Assembly: GCA_945889325.1 (NCBI GenBank)
Contig: CAMDBH010000008.1
Coordinates: 10,118-74,117 of the forward strand
Reading direction: 5' to 3'
Length of the DNA stretch: 64,000 nucleotides
Origin: Klebsiella pneumoniae
GTDB lineage: Bacteria > Myxococcota_A > UBA9042
Below, in pieces: positions 46,301 through 54,900 of this stretch. The stretch's first letter is position 1. Every line of letters begins with the position of its first letter. The notes beneath the pieces are model-generated. The model was not told where the DNA came from. It saw nothing but the letters and a program-made list of their open reading frames with translations, and searched no databases. A program made the position numbers and the translations under genes.

Positions 46301-46883
46301 TCAGATCGGTCTCGCCGCACCGGCGCAGGTTGGCAATGGCGGTGGCGGCGGGTCGTTTGTCGCGACGGCTGCCAACGTGCCGTTGGTGATTGCCGGCGGC
46401 GGCGGTGGTTGCGGCCACAACACCTGGAATGGCGGGCCTTGGGCCGAGCTCACCGGACGGGCGGGCAACGACGGCGGCGCAGGCATGTACGTCGGAGGCA
46501 ATGGTGGCGTCGGTGGCGCTGGCGGAAAATTCAGCATAACCACAGGCAACGGCACGCCCAATGGCGGCGGCGGTGGCGGTTTCAACGGCGATGGCGGCAG
46601 TTCCGGCGCGTCGACGGGAGGCAAGTCCTTTGTCAACGGCGGCGCTGGTGGTAATTCTACGGGTGGTTTCGGCGGCGGCGGTGGATCCAACGTCTTTATT
46701 TACGGCTGCGGCGCATCGCCCCACGGTGGCAGCGGCGGCGGCGGTTACTCCGGCGGCGGCGGCGGCGGCGACAATTGCAACGGCCCGGGCGGCGGCGGTG
46801 GCTCCTATGTAAGCGGCGCCAACACTGCGATGACTGCCGGTGCAAACGCGGGCGCGGGCAAGATCATCTTCACCAAACTGTAG
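43365..46883 (+). CDS. Giant secreted Cys-rich repeat protein 1, with a C-terminal ALK/LTK-type glycine-rich domain
   Basis: The signal reads [27 protein letters not shown]. The N-terminal Cys module carries a MopE-type motif ([14 protein letters not shown]). About 20 four-Cys repeats of about 25 aa follow (CDDxNxCTxDxCxxxxGC). One myxo-type repeat is present ([28 protein letters not shown]). The last 280 aa are Gly-rich with the motifs [14 protein letters not shown] and [17 protein letters not shown]. Confidence 0.85.
   Translation: [1172 protein letters not shown]
44250..45900 (+). repeat. In-frame tandem array of four-Cys repeats of about 25 aa (protein 1)
   Basis: The periodic pattern is C-x5-C-x4/5-C-x4/5-C, alternating CDDxNxCTxDxC and CxDGxxCTxGDxC units. 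Confidence 0.8.
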
Positions 46884-46892
46884 AAAAGCACT

Positions 46893-46924
46893 GGAAAAAC
46901 TGGAGGGTGACCTTTTTCCGAAGC
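46893..46924 (-). repeat. A5 motif copy with A5/T5 inverted repeat: GGAAAAA-CTGGAGGGTGACC-TTTTTCC
   Basis: The copy lies 10-40 nt after the stop of Cys-repeat gene 1. The reverse strand reads GCTTCGGAAAAAGGTCACCCTCCAG. Confidence 0.6.
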
Positions 46925-47120
46925 ACAGTCACGATACCAACTCGCCGGCACGCTCCGCACACTTTCCTGTCACACCGCCCATGTGCGCCGACGGGCTCGC
47001 TCGGCCTGATCCTGCTTGCTCGCCCGCACGCCTGGCCATAGTCAGCCTTCCCCGGGCGTAAACCTAATCGATATTGCGGGTTTGACATGGTTCGGAGATT
47101 TCGCCGAAATACTGGCTTGC

Positions 47121-47140
47121 TTGGCATAATTTGTGCTAAT
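47121..47140 (+). promoter_or_regulatory. Sigma-54-type promoter-like element P1 (TTGGCATAATTTGTGCTAAT) upstream of Cys-repeat gene 2
   Basis: The sequence is TGGCAT-N5-GTGCT with correct GG-N10-GC spacing, about 90 nt upstream of the ATG at 47231. It is 16/20 identical to P2. The palindrome ATTTCG-C-CGAAAT at 47098-47110 lies just upstream. Confidence 0.45.
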
Positions 47141-47230
47141 GTTGAAAAAGCCGCCGTGCTGGGGCGCGGTTGGTGCGCGTGTGTCTTTTTCGCGCCAATC
47201 AATCGGCGCGAAATGTTGTTGGAGGAAAAG

Positions 47231-50200
47231 ATGAATTGTTCCAAGTCCACAGGCGAAATTCGGCGTTTCACGCGCGTTTTTACGGTTGCGATTGCGCTGG
47301 GCCTGAGCCTGTTGCCAGTCGGCTGCGGCAGTGACGAAGAAAACGCCAACCTCGGCACCGATGCCAGCGACAACGACGGCGATGCCGCGGCGAACAACCT
47401 CGACGGCGCCGATGTTGCTGATGTCGCAGTACCGATTTTAGGCCTCGATCATCTCTGCGATCCGTGCACAAAGGATAGCGATTGTGCTGGCGGGACCTGC
47501 ATCGCCGTCGGCACGCCGGCCGGCAGCAAGGGCAGTTTTTGCACTTCCGTTTGCAAGATCGACAGCGACTGCGGCACGGGCTACAAATGCTTGGACAAGA
47601 TCGCCGCAAGCGGCTCGGTCTGCGTGCCGGAAAAAGCCGAATGTGCGTGCAGCGATGCGGCCAAGAAGGCGAAATTGCAGACCGCATGCTTTGCAGCTTC
47701 ACTAGACGCAGACGGCAAGGTCGTTGGAAAGTGTGGCGGCGTAAGGACTTGTGGCGATATCGGCTTAAGCGTCTGTGACGCGCCAAACCCAGCCACTGAA
47801 ACCTGCAACGGCGTCGATGACGATTGCAACGGCACGACCGACGACATCAATGCTAGTGCTTGCGACGACTTGAACGCCTGCACCGACGACAGCTGTGACG
47901 GCAAAGCCTGCGCCCACGCCCAAAACACCAAAGCCTGTGACGACAGCTCCGCTTGCACAAAGGACGACATCTGTACTTTGGGCAGTTGCGCAGGCGCGGC
48001 CATTGTCTGCGATGACGCCAACGTGTGCACGGATGACAGCTGCGACAAGAAGTCGGGTTGTGTCAATGTGAACAACGTCTTGGGCTGCAATGACAACAAC
48101 AAGTGCACGGAAAAAGACACCTGCGCTGTCGGGCTATGCGCCGGCGCAACCGTCAGTTGTGACGACAAGAATCCGTGCACCGACGAGGCCTGCGACGTGG
48201 CCACCGGCTGTTCAAGCACCATTAACACGGTCGGTTGCACTGATGGTGACGGTTGCACGCTGGTCGACCTCTGCGTTGGCGGCAAGTGCGTTCCTGGCGA
48301 AAAACTCGACTGCGACGACAAGAATCCTTGCACCAAGGACAGTTGCGATTCGAAGACCGGAGAATGCCTGCATCCCGCAATCGCCGACGACACCGTGTGC
48401 ACGGACAACAGCGTGTGCACCACCGGCGACGCTTGCAAAGGCGGATTGTGTATTGGCAAAGCCATCGTTTGCGACGACGCCGAACTTTGCACCAAAGACA
48501 GTTGCGACCCAGCAACGGGCTGCACCGTGACGAATTTGGACGGCTTGGCTTGCGATGACGAAAATCTCTGCACCGTAGGCGATGCTTGCGCGGTGGGCAA
48601 GTGCGTTTCTGGCAAAGGCAAAGAATGCAAGTCGGCGGAATTTTGCATTGAATCTAAGTGCAACATCTTGGACGGCAAATGCAAATTGACGGCCAAAGCC
48701 GCTGGCGTGCCGTGCACCGACGGCACCGCCTGCACAGAAAAAGACGTTTGCGCGGACGGCAGTTGCGTCGGCCAGGGCGTCAATTGCGACGACAAAAACC
48801 CATGTACCCAGGACTCCTGCGATCTTGCAACCGGATGCGGACATAGCGACAGCAACCAGCCTTGCGATGACGGCAACAAGTGCACCGTTGGCGACCTGTG
48901 CAACGCCAGCGCCTGCGTGCCGGGTGGTCCGCTCAAATGCGACGACGGCAACCCGTGTACCCAAGACGCTTGCGACGGCACCAGCGGCCTGTGCGCGTTC
49001 AAGAATTTAGACACGCCTTGCGATGACGGCTCCTCTTGCACGACCGGCGAGGTTTGCAACGGCGGTGCGTGCGTCGGCAAAGCAATTAGCTGTGATGACG
49101 GAAACCCTTGCAGCGATGACGGTTGCGACGCCAAGCTCGGTTGCACGCATGTGAACAACACGGCGCCCTGCAATGATGCCAATGCTTGCACGGACTTTGA
49201 CGTTTGCGCTGCAGGCGAGTGTGCCGGCAAGAAGATTTTCGTCGCCATCTATTGCGACGACGGCAATATTTGTACAAACGACGGCTGCGACAAGAAATTT
49301 GGCTGTGTCAATACGTCCAACCTAGAACTGTGCAACGACGGCAATATTTGTACCGTAGGCGATTCTTGCAAAGACACCGTCTGCTTGCCGGGCCCCAACG
49401 TTTGTTCTTGCCAGACCGACGTGGACTGCAAGAAAGAAGACGATGGCAACTTCTGCAACGGCACGTTGTTTTGCGACAAGTCCAACGGCCTGAACAAATG
49501 CAAGGTCAATCCGGCAACCATCATCACTTGCCCGACCGGCAATGACAACGAATGCCAAAGCAACGAATGTGACCCGCCCACGGGCAAGTGCGCCCTGGCC
49601 GCGCAGAATGAAGCCAAGCCTTGTGATGCCGACGGCAGCGTTTGTACCGTCGGAGACATCTGCAAGAGCGGCCTGTGCACCATCGGACCATTGCAGACTT
49701 GCGATGACGGCAACGGCTGCACCAGTGATTCCTGCGATCCGAAAGCCGGTTGCTTGCACACGGCCAATGCCACGCCCTGCGATGCCGACCAAAATGCCTG
49801 CACCGTCGGCGACGTTTGCGCCGACAAGGTCTGCCAGAAGGGGCCCCTCAAACAATGCTCGGACGGCCAAGTTTGCACGTTGGACAGTTGCGACATCAAA
49901 ACCGGTAATTGCGTCTTTGACGCCGTCGCGCAGGAGGGCGCGGCTTGCGATGCCGATGGCAGCGTTTGCACGATCGGTGACACTTGCAAAGCGGGCGTCT
50001 GCGCTGCCGGCAAGGCCGCCAATTGCGATGACGCCAATCCTTGCACCAACGACAGCTGTGACAACAAACTCGGCTGCCAAAATGTTGCAAATACAGCCGC
50101 TTGTGATGCGGACAAAGATGCCTGCACGGTCGGCGACGTTTGCGCGGACAAGGTTTGCCTCAAAGGCAAAGCGACGACTTGTGACGACGGCAACCTCTGC

Positions 50201-51862
50201 ACAAGTGACGCCTGCGACGCGGCGAGCGGCAACTGTTTGGTCGCCAACCTGGCCACGCCGTGCAACGACGGTTCCGTTTGCACCACCGAGGATGTTTGCA
50301 CAAACGGCGCCTGCGTCGGCGTCCAAGTGCAATGCGATGACAAGAACCCGTGCACAAATGACGTGTGCGACCCCAAACAGGGCTGCACGTACACCAACAA
50401 TACGGTGCCTTGCGATGACAAGAACGCCTGCACTGACTTTGACATTTGCGGCAGCGGCGCCTGCAAAGGCACGCCAAAGGTGCCCGCCACCGATTGCGCG
50501 GATGGCAACGATTGCACCGACGATACGTGTGACCCTGCAACGGGTTGCGTGCACACCAACAACACTGCGCCTTGCGACGATGGCAACAAGTGCACCAACG
50601 CCGACAAATGCGCCGCCGGAAAATGTGTAGGCGGCGCCAGCATTTGTGCGTGCCAGAAGGACTCGGATTGCGCAGGCCAAGAGGACGGCAATTTCTGCAA
50701 CGGCACCTTGATCTGTTCCAACAACAAGTGCGCCATCAATCCGGCTTCGGTGATCGTCTGCAACGCGTCTGGCGATAATGCTTGCACCAAGAATACTTGC
50801 ACGCCATTGACCGGCAAATGCGCGATGGTATCGCAAAATGAGGCTGGGCCTTGCAGCGACAGCAGCGTTTGCACGCAGGGCGACATCTGCAAGGCCGGCG
50901 CGTGCATACCGGGCGCTCAGGTCAACTGCGACGACGGCAATTTGTGCAGCAACGACAGTTGCGATGCGATCAGCGGTTGCGTGCACACGGCCAATGCGCT
51001 GCCTTGCAACGCCGACAGCAATCTGTGCACCGTCGGCGACGCTTGTGCTCTTAGCGCCTGTAAAGCGGGGCCTGCCAAAGACTGCAACGACAAAAATGCT
51101 TGCACAAACGACAGTTGCACAAAAGCTACCGGCAACTGCGTCAACGATGCAGGGGCTCTGCAATTTCAGCCGTGCAACGACGGCAACGCGTGCACAACGG
51201 GTGACGTGTGTCTGGCGGGCACATGCACACCTCAGGGCAACAAAAATTGCAACGACTTCAACGTGTGCACCGACAACGCCTGTGATCCGGTGAAAGACTG
51301 CGTGTTCACCGCCAATGTGCTGCCGTGCAATGCCGACAACAACGCGTGCACGGTTGGCGACACTTGCGCAGCCAGCGTCTGCGTGGCCGGCGCAGCCAAA
51401 GTGTGCAACGACAACCTGCCCTGCACGCAGGACTCTTGCAGTACGCAAAGTGGCAATTGCTCGTTCCAGTCCGGCCCCTTGGACGGCAAGAGCTGCGACT
51501 TTGATCAGAGCGTTTGCACAGTCAACGACTTCTGCAACAACGGCTTGTGCAACGCCGGGCCCAAAGTCAACTGCGGCGACGGCAACGTCTGCACCGACGA
51601 TACGTGCGACGCGGTCAAGGGCTGCCAGCATGGTGCCAATACTGCAGGCTGTAACGCCGACAACAATGCCTGTACGGTCAGCGATGTATGTGCGGCCAAG
51701 GTGTGCACGCCAGGTCCGGTGAAGAACTGCGACGACCTCAACGTTTGCACCGTCGATTCTTGCAAAACGCAAAATGGCGATTGTAGCCATAATCCTCAGC
51801 CGCTTATTGGCTCGGTCTGTGCGCTCGGCAAGAAATGCAGCAACGCTGGCGTTTGCCAGTAA
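47231..51862 (+). CDS. Giant Cys-rich repeat lipoprotein 2 (1543 aa)
   Basis: The ATG at 47231 has GGAGGAAAAG upstream. The signal with Cys reads [32 protein letters not shown]. The N-terminal module is homologous to that of protein 1 and includes [14 protein letters not shown]. About 50 four-Cys repeats follow, interrupted twice by a DDGNFCNG module of about 60 aa. Confidence 0.85.
   Translation: [1543 protein letters not shown]
47861..51859 (+). repeat. In-frame tandem array of four-Cys repeats of about 25 aa (protein 2)
   Basis: The period is the same as in protein 1. The repeats create very long stop-free antisense frames. Confidence 0.8.
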
Positions 51863-51944
51863 ACAGCTGCTTGGGCGGCCGTTGATGTTCGCGATGATGC
51901 AAGTTCGGCGGCGGGTCGAACGGATGCACAGTCAGGAGTCGCCG

Positions 51945-54900
51945 ATGTTCAGACGTGCAACCGTTGGATTTGTCTTGATATTGGCCGGATGTGAGGATGC
52001 CGTCGTCGAAGGCCCTGTGGACTTGGGCGATGCAGTTGCCGGCGATATCGCCACCGACGTTGTTCAAGACATAGCTGCCGTCGACACCGGCCCGGACGTC
52101 ACGGTCGCCGATGTCGCCGCGGCCGATCTCGGAAGTGAGGTTGCCGACGTCCCAGCCGTGGAGGAGGTCGGTCCTGATGCTGAAGTTCAGACGGAATCGG
52201 ATGTTGCGCCCGACGTCGCTGAGGATATCGCGCCAGATATCGCGCCTGACAGCGGTCCGGAGGTCGCCATCGATGCCGGTTGCCAAAACGACCTGCAGTG
52301 CGTGGTCATGGACGACGGGGATTTGTGCAACGGTATTTGGCGTTGCAAAGCAGGGACATGTGAGCCAGATCCGACGAGCGCAGTTGTCTGTGCAGCTGTC
52401 CCGCAATGCAACCTCAACATTTGTGCGCCCAAAACGGGCAAGTGCGAAGCTGGTTTTGTCATCAACGGCGTGATCTGTGACGACGGCAGTGTGTGCACGG
52501 CGAGCGACGCCTGCAACGCCGCTGGCATCTGCGTGGGCAAGGGCATTGTTTGTGATGACAAAAATGTTTGCACGACAGATAGTTGCGACAAGACGACCGG
52601 TTGCGTGTTCACGGCCAACACCATCGCCTGCGATGACGGCAACGCCTGTACCAAAGACGACGCGTGCGCGAACCAACTTTGCGGCGGTGTCGGATTCGAT
52701 TGCGACGACAAAAACGTTTGCACCGACGACCTTTGCAAACCAGTGGTCGGCTGCACCCACAGCGCCAACGCCTTGGTGTGCGACGACGGCAGCGCTTGCA
52801 CGACTGGCGATGTTTGCGCCGCCAACATCTGCGCCGGCAAAACTTTCAGTTGCGACGATAAAAACGTTTGCACCAACGACAGTTGTAACGCGGTCACTGG
52901 CTGCGTCAACGCGCCGAACAGCATCCTGTGCAATGACGGCAGCGCATGCACGGTCACCGACGGCTGCGCCGGTGGAAAATGCGTCGGCAAGGCATTGGCT
53001 TGTGATGACAGCAACCTGTGCACCGACGACGCCTGCAACCCTGCAAGTGGCTGTGTGTTTTCAGCAAGTTCGATTGCCTGCGACGATGGCAGCAAGTGCA
53101 CCACAGGCGATGCGTGCGCGGCGAGTTTGTGCAAGGGTCTGGCGGTCAACTGCGATGACAGCAACCCGTGTACGACGGATGCTTGCGCGCCCGCCAGTGG
53201 CTGCACCCACGTCAACAACACAGGTCCTTGTAGCGACGGCACATTGTGCACGACAGGTGACGTTTGCAACGGCGGCCTTTGCAAAACGAGCCCCGTCAAC
53301 TGTGACGACAACAACGCCTGCACCGACGACGGTTGCGATCAAGCTGCCGGTTGCGTCCACGTGAACAACAGTGTCTCTTGCAATGATGGCACGTTATGCA
53401 CGGCCAGTGATGCCTGCGCAGCCGGCGTTTGCAAAGGCGTTGCGGTCAATTGCGACGACAGCAACGTCTGCACGTCGGACATTTGCGCTGGGCTAACGGG
53501 CTGTAAGCACAATCCAATCTTGGGCGTTTGCAGCGACAACAATGCGTGCACCAATTCTGACACCTGCACAAACGGCGCTTGCGTCGGCGGCACGGTGAAC
53601 TGCAACGATGTCAATGTTTGCACAGACGACAGTTGCGATGTGATCAAGGGGTGTCAACACGCTGCAAATACGGCTAGTTGTGATGATGGCAGCGGCTGCA
53701 CAGTCGGCGATATTTGTGCCAGCAGCCTGTGCAAATCTGGTCCGGCCAAGGTTTGCAATGACAATGACAGTTGCACGTCCGACAGCTGCTCTGGCGTGTC
53801 CGGCAAGTGCGTTTACAGCAAAATACTTGGTTGTGCCGGTGGCGGTGGCTGCAAGATCGATGCAGATTGCAACGACAACGATCTTTGTACCAACGACGTT
53901 TGCAATGTGGGCGCCGGCTGTATTTCGACGTTCAATGCCGCGGCTTGCAACGACGGCAACGCGTGCACGAGCGGCGACGCCTGCACGGTGGGGTTGTGCC
54001 AGGGCGCGGCCGCCGTCTGCGACGACAAAAATCCGTGCACCGATGATACGTGCAAAGCGGCAACCGGTTGCAGTTTCATCAATAATCTTCAGGCTTGTGA
54101 CGATGGCAGCGCTTGCACAAGCGACGACAAATGTGCCGCAGGCGTCTGCGGCGGCGCGAACATTTGCGACGACAGCAACGCCTGCACGACCGATAGCTGC
54201 GGCGCCAACAACAGTTGCGTGCACACGCCGATTGTCGGGCTCTGCGACGATGGCAACGCTTGCACGGGTGGCGACAGCTGCGCCACGGGCGCTTGCGTCG
54301 GTAAAGTCATTAGTTGCGATGACAAAAATGTCTGTACCGATGATGCTTGCTCAGCCAAGAGCGGTTGCGCCCACGTCAGCAACACTTCTGGTTGCGACGA
54401 CGGCAACAGTTGCTCCAGTGCCGACATCTGCGCCGGCGGGCTTTGCGCGGGCAAGGGCCTGATTTGCGACGACAAGAACCCTTGCACGACCGACACGTGT
54501 GGCAACAACGGCTGCATTTTTACCAATAATACAGCGGGTTGCGATGACGCCAGCGCCTGCACCAGCGGCGATGTCTGCTCTGCGGGAAATTGTTCGGGTG
54601 TCGCAATCGCTTGTGACGATGGCAATTCGTGCACCGACGACAGTTGTGACAAGGCCACCGGCTGCGCTCACGCCAACAATGCGGCGGCTTGCAGTGACAG
54701 CAACCTGTGCACGACCGGTGACTTTTGCAGTGGCGGCCTTTGCAAGGCTGGCGTGGCGAAAAGCTGCGATGATGCAAATGCTTGTACGACAGACAGTTGC
54801 GACGCAGCGACCGGCAACTGCGTCAACAGTCCGATTTTGGGTTGCGGCGCGACACCGACCTGGACGGACACTTGCAACAAAGTCATTTTGGGCAATGGCT

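Noticed and set aside
46300-46800. The glycine-rich tail of protein 1 read as generic low complexity (PE-PGRS or collagen-like), and the antisense Pro-rich ORF 46301-46690.
   Set aside because: The tail is bracketed and interrupted by specific non-Gly motifs in a fixed order, matching ALK/LTK-type domains. The antisense ORF is simply the complement of GGN codons.
45023-53647. Very long antisense ORFs inside the Cys-repeat genes, for example 47581-49248 (555 aa), 49249-50907 (552 aa), 49322-51790 (822 aa), 51804-52760, 52187-53323 and 45023-45841.
   Set aside because: They are a by-product of the repetitive TGC/GAC/GGC/ACC codon usage of the sense strand, whose reverse complement rarely contains stops. 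Their translations are low-complexity (SQ/LP/AR-rich) with no signals. The sense frames have strong RBSs, signal peptides and periodic Cys motifs.
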